Position numbers and translations under genes: made by a program. Shown in pieces: positions 11,557-22,079 of a DNA stretch of 43,848 nt. This DNA is from an uncultured Actinomycetes bacterium (GTDB lineage: Bacteria; Actinomycetota; Actinomycetes; Nanopelagicales; Nanopelagicaceae): positions 1-43,848 of the forward strand of contig CAIXPV010000070.1 in assembly GCA_903921405.1 (NCBI GenBank). Direction: 5' to 3'. Below the pieces are notes generated by a model. It was given only the letters and a program-made list of their open reading frames with translations, did no database searches and was not told where the DNA came from. Within the stretch, counting starts at the first letter, position 1, and every line of letters begins with the position of its first letter.

Positions 11557-14500
11557 CTAAACCAAGCAGTTCGGCCCCAAGATCGATTTAAGATCAGCGC
11601 TTAAACTTGGCGAAGACGTGATTAACGCATCAATCTTCATATATGTATCACTGCCATTGTCTTTGATTTGTAGATGAACTTCGCGTTTGCCCGGATGTGA
11701 GCGCAATATCTCTTTGATTCGATCAACAATCGGAGGGGTGCACTGAGCAATCGGTAACGCAATAACTAGAGGGCCAGCTGGACCCGATGAAATATCTGGC
11801 ATCGACATTTCAAGGGCGGTAAATCGAACTGTGTCTTCGCGACGATCTACTCGACCTCTGACGGTAACAATCCGATCTTCAGTTAATGACATTGAATATT
11901 GATTATACGTATTAGCGAAAAAGAGAACTTCCAGTGAACCCTCTAAATCTTCAACACTGACAACTGCCCATGAAGCGCCTTGCCTTGAAACTTTGCGGGT
12001 AACGCTGGTAATTAATCCACCAATTGTGACTATTGATTCGGACTGTGCACCATCATCTAATAACTCACTTATAGTCATGTCAGTATTTGCGCGCAAGACG
12101 TGCTCGACACCTAACAGTGGATGATCTGAAACATATAAACCTAACATCTCCCTTTCATAACTGAGCAGCATGGCCTTATCCCATTCGCCCTTTGGAATAT
12201 CTAAATCAATTGCTGCTACATGACTAATGGATTCGCCACCGAAAAGATCGAACTGACCAATTGCCTCAGCGCGTTTTGTCTCAATAACAGAGTCGATAGC
12301 CTCTAGATATATCGCCATCAAGCCTTTACGAGTTGCATCCATAGAACCAAATGCCCCTGCTTTAATGAGGGACTCAATGGTTTTCTTATTACAGACTTGA
12401 GCATCTACCTTTGCTAAGAAGTCTCCAAATGAGGTGAAGCGTCCCTTTGATTCGCGTGAAGCCTTGATGGAGCCCACAACGCCTTCGCCCACATTTCTAA
12501 TTGCAGCTAAACCAAAGCGGATGTCATTTCCACGTGGGGTGTATTCGGCATCAGATTCATTGACATCAGGCTCAAGAACTTTAATTCCCATTCGTCGACA
12601 CTCGCTTAAATACAGCGCGGATTTGTCCTTGTCATCACGAACGCTCGTTAATAGCGCTGCCATGTATTCAGTCGGATAATTAGCCTTCAAATATCCCGTC
12701 CAATATGAGACGACTCCATAACCGGCTGAGTGAGCACGGTTAAATGCATAGTCAGAGAATGGAATAAGAACATCCCACAGACGTTTAATCGCAGCAGTAG
12801 AAAAACCATTTGCCTTCATTCCAGCTTCAAATGGAACGTACTCTTTATCCAGAATCTCTTTGTTCTTCTTACCCATTGCCTTACGTAACAAATCTGCGCG
12901 CCCAAGTGAGAAGCCCGCAACTTTTTGAGCGATGGCCATAACTTGCTCTTGATAAACGATCAAACCATATGTGTCTCCCAAAATCTCCTGCAACGGCACA
13001 GAGAGCTCAGCGTGAATTGGCTCTACAGGTTTGCGGTGATTCTTTCGATCGGCATAGTTATTATGCGCATTTTCACCCATCGGTCCTGGCCGATAGAGCG
13101 CAATAACTGCAGAGATATCCTCAAATGAATCTGGAGACATAGAGCGCAGCAGGGCTCGCATTGGCCCACCGTCGAGTTGGAAAACTCCGAGTGTATCCCC
13201 GCGGGATAAGAGCTCATATGTTTTCTTATCATCCAAAGTTAAATCTTCAAGCACTACATCGATGCCCTTATTTGCTTTTATGTTTAGTAGCGCATCATCT
13301 AAGACTGAGAGATTTCTTAGGCCAAGGAAGTCCATCTTTAAGAGTCCAATTGCCTCGCAAGCGCCCATATCGAACTGAGTGATGATTGCGCCATCGGCTT
13401 CTCTGCGATGAATGGGGATAACATCTAATAAAGGCTCACGGGACAAGATCACGCCTGCAGCATGAACACCCCATTGGCGCTTAAGTCCTTCTAGACCACG
13501 GGCAGTATCTACAACTCGTTTTGAATCATTATCGGTTTCATAAAGAGAGCGGAACTCCCCTGCCTCGCCATAACGATCATCTTTTGGATCAAAGACGCCA
13601 CTTAAAGAAATATCCTTACCCATTACTGACGGCGGAAGCGCTTTCGTTAATTTTTCACCTACAACATATGGATAACCAAGCACGCGAGTTGAATCCTTAA
13701 TCGCTTGCTTAGATTTAATCGTTCCATAAGTAATTATCTGAGCAACACGATCTTCGCCATACTTAGTTGTTGCATATCGAATCATCTCGCTGCGTCTGCG
13801 CTCATCGAAGTCCAAGTCGATATCTGGCATCGAGATACGTTCTGGATTTAGAAAGCGCTCGAACAACAGACCGTGCTCAAGTGGATCAAGACCTGTGATG
13901 CCTAATGAATAAGCAACCAGTGAACCTGCAGCTGAACCTCGACCTGGACCTACACGAATACCAACATTCTTAGCGTGGGCTACGAGGTCTGCAACTACTA
14001 AGAAGTAGCCCGGAAAACCCATAGTCTGCATAACGCCGAGTTCATATGCCAAACGGTCGATGTGGGCTTGAGTTACCCGTGCACCTAATCTGGCCGTAAG
14101 TCCGCGTTCTGCCTCTTTTTGTAGCCAAGAATCTTCGCTCTCCCCTGCCGGCACAGTGAACTGTGGCAGCAGATTTTCACCTTCGCGCAACGTTACATTG
14201 CAGCGCTCGGCGATTAATAGTGTGTTGTCACAGCTCTCGGGAATCTCTTTAAAGAGTTCGCGCATCTGGGCCGGGGTTTTTACATAGAAACTATCGTTAT
14301 CAAATTTAAATCTCTTAGGATCTGCAAGCGTTGACCCGGATTGAACACATAAAAGCGCCTCGTGTGCACCAGCATCACTTTGTAATGTGTAGTGCAAATC
14401 ATTGGTTGCAAGCAACGGTAGACCCAGATCTTTGCCAAGCTTTAGTAAATCGGCCTTTACTCGAGATTCGATCTCAATTCCATGATCCATGATTTCAAGG

Positions 14501-15054
14501 AAGTAATTGTCTGCACCGAAAATATCACGGTAATCACTGGCCGCTTTTATCGCCTCTTTGTAAGCACCCATTCGCAGACGAGTTTGAATTTCTCCACCCG
14601 GACATCCAGTTGTAGCAATTAATCCCGTTGCATACTGCGCAAGAAGTTCGCGATCCATTCGAGGTTTGTAGTAATAACCTTCAAGTGATGCCAACGATGA
14701 AAGTCTGAAGAGATTTCCTAAACCAACGTTATTTTCAGCAAGAATAGTCATGTGTGTGTATGCCCCACCACCAGAGACATCGTCTTCTCCGCCATCGGCC
14801 CACTTAACGCGCTTCCTATCAAATCGGGATTCAGGAGCCACATAGGCTTCAATTCCAATAATTGGTTTAACCCCGGCTTTTTGCGCACTCTTATAAAAAT
14901 CAAATGCGCCAAAAACATTTCCATGATCAGTCATAGCAATTGCAGGCATACCTTGTCGCGAAACCTCGCTCATTAAATCTGAGACCCGCGCAGCACCATC
15001 GAGCATTGAATACTCGGTGTGTACGTGAAGGTGTACGAAGTTATCTTTAGACAT
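11557..15054 (-). CDS. dnaE: Replicative DNA polymerase III alpha subunit (DnaE1)
   Basis: Intact PHP (HLHVHTEYS, TDHG, NDLH), GRGSAAGS, PDIDLDF, KMDFLGL, clamp motif QFDLF; no intein-sized insert. Confidence 0.98.
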   Translation of the reverse strand: MSKDNFVHLHVHTEYSMLDGAARVSDLMSEVSRQGMPAIAMTDHGNVFGAFDFYKSAQKAGVKPIIGIEAYVAPESRFDRKRVKWADGGEDDVSGGGAYTHMTILAENNVGLGNLFRLSSLASLEGYYYKPRMDRELLAQYATGLIATTGCPGGEIQTRLRMGAYKEAIKAASDYRDIFGADNYFLEIMDHGIEIESRVKADLLKLGKDLGLPLLATNDLHYTLQSDAGAHEALLCVQSGSTLADPKRFKFDNDSFYVKTPAQMRELFKEIPESCDNTLLIAERCNVTLREGENLLPQFTVPAGESEDSWLQKEAERGLTARLGARVTQAHIDRLAYELGVMQTMGFPGYFLVVADLVAHAKNVGIRVGPGRGSAAGSLVAYSLGITGLDPLEHGLLFERFLNPERISMPDIDLDFDERRRSEMIRYATTKYGEDRVAQIITYGTIKSKQAIKDSTRVLGYPYVVGEKLTKALPPSVMGKDISLSGVFDPKDDRYGEAGEFRSLYETDNDSKRVVDTARGLEGLKRQWGVHAAGVILSREPLLDVIPIHRREADGAIITQFDMGACEAIGLLKMDFLGLRNLSVLDDALLNIKANKGIDVVLEDLTLDDKKTYELLSRGDTLGVFQLDGGPMRALLRSMSPDSFEDISAVIALYRPGPMGENAHNNYADRKNHRKPVEPIHAELSVPLQEILGDTYGLIVYQEQVMAIAQKVAGFSLGRADLLRKAMGKKNKEILDKEYVPFEAGMKANGFSTAAIKRLWDVLIPFSDYAFNRAHSAGYGVVSYWTGYLKANYPTEYMAALLTSVRDDKDKSALYLSECRRMGIKVLEPDVNESDAEYTPRGNDIRFGLAAIRNVGEGVVGSIKASRESKGRFTSFGDFLAKVDAQVCNKKTIESLIKAGAFGSMDATRKGLMAIYLEAIDSVIETKRAEAIGQFDLFGGESISHVAAIDLDIPKGEWDKAMLLSYEREMLGLYVSDHPLLGVEHVLRANTDMTISELLDDGAQSESIVTIGGLITSVTRKVSRQGASWAVVSVEDLEGSLEVLFFANTYNQYSMSLTEDRIVTVRGRVDRREDTVRFTALEMSMPDISSGPAGPLVIALPIAQCTPPIVDRIKEILRSHPGKREVHLQIKDNGSDTYMKIDALITSSPSLSADLKSILGPNCLV

Positions 15055-15073
15055 TGTTGCGCAAGGTTATTAC

Positions 15074-16015
15074 TTAAGGCAGAACGGCGTCGGAAAGCAA
15101 CGCCAGTGAGCGTGTGAGATCAGGCGGATATGGAGCGATAAAGCTAAGCGCCTGGCCAGAGATTGGGTGGGCAAATCGCAACTCCTTGGCGTGTAACCAA
15201 GGGCGCGACATTTCTAGGCTCTTTGCTAATACTGGATCTGCGCCATAGGTAGTGTCCCCCACTAGCGGGTGGTTAAGGGCTGAAAAGTGAACTCGGATTT
15301 GATGTGTCCGTCCGGTTTCTAACTCAACTTTTACAAGTGAGACTGCGCGATAAAATTCGATAACCTCATAGTGAGTAATTGATTCCTTGCCCGTGCCAAC
15401 TACTGCAAATCGGTGATCTTCTTTTGGGTGTCGATCAATGGGAGCATCAATAGTTCCAGTCGTTGGATCCATATGTCCCTGAATAAGTGCATGATAAATT
15501 TTTTCTACACTTCTCGTTCTAAACGCATCTTTTAGTACAGTAAATGCACGATCACTTTTCGCCACAATCATCAGTCCGCTTGTTCCAACATCGAGTCTAT
15601 GAACAATTCCTTGCCGCTCTGCAGCTCCGCTAGTTGAAATAATAAATCCAGCAGCACTGAGTGCTCCAACGACCGTTGGCCCTGTCCAGCCTGGGCTTGG
15701 ATGTGCGGCGCAACCTACAGGTTTATTGATAACCACAATGTCGTCATCTTCAAAGACAATCTCTAGGCCATCAAGAGGTGTCAATGGAATAGGAATAGTG
15801 TTAATTGGCGCTGGCATCAAAACATCGATTATCTGCCCCGCTGCAACTCGCTCAGATTTGAGCATCGCATTTCCAGAAGTTGTAATGTCACCATCTTCTA
15901 AGAGCTTTACTACTGCGGTGCGTGATAGTCCTAGAACCCTCGTTAACGCACTATCAATACGTTCACCAGCTACACCTTCTGGAACCGACAGGGTTCGTAG
16001 TTCTCTCTTAGTCAT
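15074..16015 (-). CDS. rluD: RluA/RluD-family 23S rRNA pseudouridine synthase
   Basis: N-terminal S4-like RID motif, GIVHRLDVGTSG, TGRTHQIRVH. Confidence 0.93.
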   Translation of the reverse strand: MTKRELRTLSVPEGVAGERIDSALTRVLGLSRTAVVKLLEDGDITTSGNAMLKSERVAAGQIIDVLMPAPINTIPIPLTPLDGLEIVFEDDDIVVINKPVGCAAHPSPGWTGPTVVGALSAAGFIISTSGAAERQGIVHRLDVGTSGLMIVAKSDRAFTVLKDAFRTRSVEKIYHALIQGHMDPTTGTIDAPIDRHPKEDHRFAVVGTGKESITHYEVIEFYRAVSLVKVELETGRTHQIRVHFSALNHPLVGDTTYGADPVLAKSLEMSRPWLHAKELRFAHPISGQALSFIAPYPPDLTRSLALLSDAVLP

Positions 16016-16497
16016 AGTGGTAGATCCTTTTTCGCAATTGGAGGAATATTCCTTGCGGATAGGACCATCGAAATTGCGGCGGCAATAACGATTGCAGAAT
16101 CAGCGATATTGAATATAGGCCAATGTGGCAGTTGCATCCAATCGATAACATGCCCGCGCAAGAATCCAGGCTCACGGAAGATGCGATCGGAGAGATTGCC
16201 CAAAACTCCCCCCATTACTAGGCCTAAAACCACGGCCCAGCCACGTGATGTGATTCGAGGGGCGAAGGTCGTGATCGCAATCAAGACACAGATTGAGAAG
16301 ATTGAAAAAAGGAGTGTGGCCCCTGTTGCAAATGAAAAGGCTGCACCCGAGTTTCGAACAAACGTAAGTTGGAAAAAAGAGCCGACTATTTTTACAGAGT
16401 CTCGATGAGATAGCTGACTAACTGCCCACGCCTTAGTTGCTAAATCGAGGATCCAGATAGACCAGGCAACACTTAAGAGTGTTCGCCAGCTGCGCAC
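16012..16497 (-). CDS. lspA: Lipoprotein signal peptidase II
   Basis: DLATK, RNSGAAFS, GNLSDR, VIDW, FNIADS. Confidence 0.97.
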   Translation of the reverse strand: MRSWRTLLSVAWSIWILDLATKAWAVSQLSHRDSVKIVGSFFQLTFVRNSGAAFSFATGATLLFSIFSICVLIAITTFAPRITSRGWAVVLGLVMGGVLGNLSDRIFREPGFLRGHVIDWMQLPHWPIFNIADSAIVIAAAISMVLSARNIPPIAKKDLPL

Positions 16498-16499
16498 AG

Positions 16500-17261
<762 letters not shown>

Positions 17262-17332
17262 GACGCGAACCTTATGCCGATTGGGCAATAGATACCAACT
17301 GCGCCACGGGTAATCTTCATCTACTCATGGCG

Positions 17333-17338
17333 TAGACT
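17333..17338 (+). promoter_or_regulatory. Putative -10 element (TAGACT) of the ileS T-box leader
   Basis: TANNNT about 20 nt upstream of T-box stem I. Confidence 0.5.
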
Positions 17339-17357
17339 CTGCTACCTGACATAAACA

Positions 17358-17535
17358 GAGCTATGACGGGGCTATCACCTCACGAGTTCGTTGGAAGAAG
17401 TGAGCATGTAGCTCATGTAGAACCAACAGTCAGGGTTATAAGTGGCGCTAACTATGCGCAAGGCGGGTGGTACCGCGATTTCTGCCAAGCAGCAGAGATC
17501 GTCCCTCCAGAGTTTTATTACCTGGAGGATTTTTT
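17358..17535 (+). ncRNA. Translational T-box riboswitch (Ile, ultrashort stem I type)
   Basis: Specifier ATC at 17374-17376; stem II GTTGG-AAGAA...GTAGAA-CCAAC; T-box GGGTGGTACCGCG (TGGTACC 17468-17474) pairing with CGTCCC; sequestrator CCTCCAG/CTGGAGG covering the SD. Confidence 0.93.
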
Positions 17536-20500
17536 ATGTCATTTCGAGCCATCTCCCCCTCAGTGGATTTGCCCGCTCTCGAGCACTCCATCTTAGATTT
17601 CTGGCGCGATAACCAAATCTTCCACAAGACAGTCAACGCCCGAGAAGGCGCCGCTCCATGGACGTTTTATGAAGGACCACCAACGGCCAATGGAATGCCT
17701 GGCGCTCACCATATTGAGGCCCGTGTATTCAAAGATGTGTTCCCACGTTTTCAGACCATGAAAGGCAGACATGTAACCAGAAAAGCTGGGTGGGATTGTC
17801 ATGGTCTCCCAGTTGAGATCGCAGTTGAAAAAGAGTTGGGCTTTGCTGGAAAAGGTGACATTGAAAAATATGGAGTTGCAGCATTTAATGACAAATGTCG
17901 CGAGTCAGTGCAACGCCACGTAGGTGCATTTACAGATATGACAGATCGCATGGGTTTTTGGGTCGATTTTGATGAAGCGTATTGGACGATGTCGCCAGAG
18001 TATGTGGAAAGTGTGTGGTGGTCGCTCAAAGAGATTTGGAAGAAAGGTCTTCTTGTTCAAGATCACCGAGTCGCACCTTACTGTCCGCGTTGTGGAACAG
18101 GCTTATCTGATCACGAATTAGCGCAGGGGTATGAGACTGTCATTGATCCATCGGTCTTTGTGCGTTTTCCAGTGACATCAGGTGAACTAGCAGATATGCA
18201 CGCATCACTTCTTGTTTGGACTACTACACCTTGGACGCTTGTATCAAATACTGCAATTGCTGTTCATCCAGATGTTGAATACGTCGTCGTGCAGGTTAGC
18301 GTTGATGAAAAGAGTGAAGTTCTCATCGTTGCCAAAGCCTTAATCGAAAGCGTTAAGGGTGAGAAGGTAGTTCTTAAAACTATGCTCGGCAAGGATTTAG
18401 AGCGCACAACATATCTACGACCATTTGATTATGTAGAGATCCCTGATGCGCACTATGTAGTCCTTGCAACATATGTAACAACTGAAGATGGAACTGGTTT
18501 AGTTCACCAATCCCCTGCCTTTGGCGCCGATGACCTTGCAGTCTGCCGTAGTTATGGCCTACCTGTTGTTAATCCGATTGCACCTGATGGAACTTTTCTT
18601 GCTACAACCCCAGTCGTCGGTGGAATGTTCTTTAAAGATGCCGACAAAGTATTAGTTAAAGAGTTGAAAGCCAGTGGCGCGCTCTATAAGCATCAACCAT
18701 ATGAGCACACATATCCACACTGCTGGCGCTGCCATACGGCGCTGATGTATTACGCACAACCATCTTGGTATGTACGAACAACTTCGATAAAAGATGAGCT
18801 TCTTCGCGAAAATGCGGCAACCGATTGGCATCCACAGACAATTAAGGAGGGCCGATACGGTGACTGGCTCAATAACAATATCGACTGGGCGCTTTCTCGT
18901 AACCGCTATTGGGGAACTCCGCTACCAATTTGGCGCTGTGACAACAAACATGAAATCTGTGTCGATTCGCTAAAAGAACTTGGCGCACTTGCCGGACAAG
19001 AGCTATCAAATCTGGATCCGCATAGACCTTTTGTCGATGACATTAGGTTTGCCTGCGCCGAGTGCGCACTTGTTATGACTCGTGTGCCTGAAGTAATCGA
19101 CTGCTGGTATGACTCCGGTGCAATGCCATTTGCTCAATGGGGATATCCGCACAAAGAGGGATCTGTAGAAAAGTTTAACGAGTCATATCCTGCAGATTTT
19201 ATCTGCGAAGCAATCGATCAAACCCGTGGCTGGTTCTATACGTTGATGACTATCGGAACACTTGTCTTTGAAAAATCATCGTACAAAACCGTTTTATGCC
19301 TGGGCCATATCTTAGATAAAGATGGTCGCAAAATGAGTAAGCACGTTGGAAATGTTCTAGAGCCAATGGCGCTCATGGATCAGCATGGCGCAGATGCAGT
19401 TCGCTGGTACATGTTGGCTGCAGGATCACCATGGGCTGCGCGAAGAGTTGGGCATGAGGCAATTAATGAAGTAATTAGAAAGACACTTCTTACTTACTGG
19501 AACACTGTCTCTTTTCATGCACTGTATGCCAACGCATCGAACTTTGATCTCGCACAGTCTCCTCCACTTGCTGAGCGCCAGTTGATGGATCGTTGGATTA
19601 TCTCTGAGCTCAATGTTCTTATTGGAACTGTTGATGATGCACTTGAAGGATTTGACTCACAGATCGCTGGCAAAGCTTTAGCTAGTTTCATCGATGATTT
19701 ATCAAACTGGTACGTGCGTCGCTCTCGACGACGCTTTTGGGATGGTGATGTCGCTGCAATGGCAACACTTCATGAATGTTTGGTTACTTTAACTAAACTA
19801 CTGGCGCCAATGGTCCCTTTTATTACCGAACAAGTCTGGCAAGAACTAGTACGCCCTACTGATTCAACTGCCATGGCTTCGGTCCATCTATCCGATTTTC
19901 CAACTGTTAATACTGATGCAATACATGTAGAACTATCCCAACAAGTAGCTCTCACTAGGCGAATTGTTGAGTTAGGAAGAGCATCTCGTGCTGAATCTGG
20001 AATCAAAATCCGCCAACCACTGCAACGCGCACTTATTGCTGCAACTGGCTGGGCCGGATTGCCTCAAGCCATGCGTGAACAGATCGCCGACGAGCTCAAC
20101 GTAATCGAGCTCGAAGATATCGCTACCGCCGATGGTGATCTTGTAGATATTTCTGTAAAAGCAAACTTCAAGAGTTTAGGTGCACGCTTTGGTGGGGCAG
20201 TTCAAGAGATTGCCAAAGCTATTGCAGCCACTGACCCGACGGTGCTTGTAAAACAGCTGCGAACTCAAGACATCACAACTGTTGGCACCTGGCAGATAAG
20301 CCTTGACGACTTAGTAGTTACTGAGGTTCCAAAGAGTGGCTGGATGGTCTCATCTCATGACGGCGAGAGTGTGGCACTTGATCTAGCGCTGTCTCCAGCG
20401 CTAATTTTGGCCGGCAATGCCCGTGAAGTAGTTCGTTTTATTCAAGAGCGTCGAAAGAGTGATGGCTTTGAAATCTCTGATCGCATTAATATAACCTGGA

Positions 20501-20649
20501 ATGCACACCAAGAAATAGTCGATGCTATTGACAGTGATTTAGTGCGCATACAGGACGAGACTCTGGCCTTATCAATGGTTCGCGATGCATCTCTTGCTTT
20601 AGACCAAGGTGATCTTGGGCTTGCAGTGAAGTTGGTTAAAGCCCTCTAA
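17536..20649 (+). CDS. ileS: Isoleucyl-tRNA synthetase, type 2 (start re-called to ATG 17536)
   Basis: EGPPTANG, GWDCHGLP, WTTTPWT, SRNRYWGTP, DQTRGWF, KMSKH; SD GGAGG 7 nt upstream; Ile T-box. Confidence 0.98.
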   Translation: MSFRAISPSVDLPALEHSILDFWRDNQIFHKTVNAREGAAPWTFYEGPPTANGMPGAHHIEARVFKDVFPRFQTMKGRHVTRKAGWDCHGLPVEIAVEKELGFAGKGDIEKYGVAAFNDKCRESVQRHVGAFTDMTDRMGFWVDFDEAYWTMSPEYVESVWWSLKEIWKKGLLVQDHRVAPYCPRCGTGLSDHELAQGYETVIDPSVFVRFPVTSGELADMHASLLVWTTTPWTLVSNTAIAVHPDVEYVVVQVSVDEKSEVLIVAKALIESVKGEKVVLKTMLGKDLERTTYLRPFDYVEIPDAHYVVLATYVTTEDGTGLVHQSPAFGADDLAVCRSYGLPVVNPIAPDGTFLATTPVVGGMFFKDADKVLVKELKASGALYKHQPYEHTYPHCWRCHTALMYYAQPSWYVRTTSIKDELLRENAATDWHPQTIKEGRYGDWLNNNIDWALSRNRYWGTPLPIWRCDNKHEICVDSLKELGALAGQELSNLDPHRPFVDDIRFACAECALVMTRVPEVIDCWYDSGAMPFAQWGYPHKEGSVEKFNESYPADFICEAIDQTRGWFYTLMTIGTLVFEKSSYKTVLCLGHILDKDGRKMSKHVGNVLEPMALMDQHGADAVRWYMLAAGSPWAARRVGHEAINEVIRKTLLTYWNTVSFHALYANASNFDLAQSPPLAERQLMDRWIISELNVLIGTVDDALEGFDSQIAGKALASFIDDLSNWYVRRSRRRFWDGDVAAMATLHECLVTLTKLLAPMVPFITEQVWQELVRPTDSTAMASVHLSDFPTVNTDAIHVELSQQVALTRRIVELGRASRAESGIKIRQPLQRALIAATGWAGLPQAMREQIADELNVIELEDIATADGDLVDISVKANFKSLGARFGGAVQEIAKAIAATDPTVLVKQLRTQDITTVGTWQISLDDLVVTEVPKSGWMVSSHDGESVALDLALSPALILAGNAREVVRFIQERRKSDGFEISDRINITWNAHQEIVDAIDSDLVRIQDETLALSMVRDASLALDQGDLGLAVKLVKAL

Positions 20650-20917
20650 CGAGACCTAAGAGAAGCTGAACGGCAAAGAAGAGAACGATAAAACTTAGAT
20701 CAAGACTGACTGCGCCAAGTCGTAGAGGTGGAATAAATCTGCCAACAAAACGCATGGGTTGATCTGTGATTGAGTAAATCGCTTCTACAAAATAAAGAGA
20801 TATTCCGCTTGGACGCCAGTTACGCGCAAACATACGGATGTAATCAAGTATGAGCCGACCTAGGAGTGCAAATAAGAAGAGTTGCAGAATGCCCGCTAGG
20901 AGCGAACCGATAGCCAC
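20636..20917 (-). CDS. yggT: YggT/YlmG (SepG) family membrane protein
   Basis: Hydrophobic, TDQP...RFIPPLRLG.VSLDLS motif; follows sepF. Confidence 0.92.
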   Translation of the reverse strand: MAIGSLLAGILQLFLFALLGRLILDYIRMFARNWRPSGISLYFVEAIYSITDQPMRFVGRFIPPLRLGAVSLDLSFIVLFFAVQLLLGLVRGL

Positions 20918-20921
20918 AAAA

Positions 20922-21395
20922 TTAGCTCTGGTTAAAGAAGCTGGCTTGAGCAGCCGCTGATTTATCTTCAGTGCTCACTTGCACGTTAGCAGGTGAGATA
21001 AGAAAAACCTTTTTAGTCACACGTTCAATAGTTCCATGCAAACCAAATGCAAGGCCACTTGCAAAATCTACAAGACGCTTGTGCTCGGATTCATCCATGT
21101 CAGTCAAATTAATGATGACTGGATTGCCCAAGCGGAAATGCTCACCAATCGTTCTGGCCTCGTTATAGAAACGAGGATGCAAAGTGATGATGCGATCTAC
21201 AACTGGAAGATCGAGCTGTGGTGCAAGTTCAACTGTCGATGTATGAACTGAAGAAACCGAACGTGCTGCTCGAGTCTTAATCCGTACATCGCTAGAAGGT
21301 TGAACTGCAGGTACTGATGAAGCCACGTGAGTATCAAACTCCGGGTCATCCATCAAACCAAGATAGTTTGCGACGCGCTTAAGGGCATTAGTCAT
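20922..21395 (-). CDS. sepF: Cell division protein SepF
   Basis: YLGL N-terminus, [25 protein letters not shown]. Confidence 0.96.
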   Translation of the reverse strand: MTNALKRVANYLGLMDDPEFDTHVASSVPAVQPSSDVRIKTRAARSVSSVHTSTVELAPQLDLPVVDRIITLHPRFYNEARTIGEHFRLGNPVIINLTDMDESEHKRLVDFASGLAFGLHGTIERVTKKVFLISPANVQVSTEDKSAAAQASFFNQS

Positions 21396-21416
21396 AGATA
21401 AAATATACCGATCTAA

Positions 21417-22079
21417 CTACCTAGAACCCAGGATTGAACTGCCAATTCGGACATGTGTCGCACCGTGCAGAATAGCCTCTTCAAAATCCCCGCTCATACC
21501 AGCTGATAAAAAAGTTGCTTCCTTAAACTCAGTAACAAATTCTTGGTGTATCTGTGCCAAAGAAGTAAAGGCTTCAGGAGCACTCTGACCTAGCGGAGCA
21601 ACGGCCATGAGCCCCAATAATCGATGCGTACTAGATGCTTGAACAAGGCTAGCTAATTGATAGAGAGCCTCCCGATTGGCACCTCCACGATTGTCGGCTC
21701 CGTCCAGACTCACTTGCAGAAAGATATCCAACGGGTGTGACGCGAATTTTTCGATGATTTCAAAGTGTCGTGCATCATCTAGTGAGTGGATGACGTGGCT
21801 CCAACTGCAAATTGATTTTATTTTGTTGCTTTGAATCTGACCCTGAAAATGCCATTGCGCTGACACCATTCGTGCCTTCTCGGCACCATCGGCATCTCGA
21901 TTTTCACCGAAATCATGGATACCCAACTCTTTGAGAATTTCAATATCACTGACAGGAAATGTTTTCGTTACGGCAATTAGAGTTATATCTTCCACATTTC
22001 GGCCAGACATCTTTGCGCTTGCATCAATCCGCCCCTGTACTTCGGCAAGGTTTTCAGCGATTTCATTAAATCTGGTCAT
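21417..22079 (-). CDS. yggS: PLP homeostasis protein (YggS/PlpB family)
   Basis: LIAVTK, FGENR, WHFQGQIQSNK, LSAGMSGDF, VRIGS. Confidence 0.96.
   Translation of the reverse strand: MTRFNEIAENLAEVQGRIDASAKMSGRNVEDITLIAVTKTFPVSDIEILKELGIHDFGENRDADGAEKARMVSAQWHFQGQIQSNKIKSICSWSHVIHSLDDARHFEIIEKFASHPLDIFLQVSLDGADNRGGANREALYQLASLVQASSTHRLLGLMAVAPLGQSAPEAFTSLAQIHQEFVTEFKEATFLSAGMSGDFEEAILHGATHVRIGSSILGSR

Noticed and set aside
11557-15054. Intein or split in dnaE1
   Set aside because: Normal length, continuous motifs, no intein-like insert seen
17363-17596. 77-aa ORF as an ileS leader peptide
   Set aside because: Region is explained by the T-box RNA; no Ile-codon run
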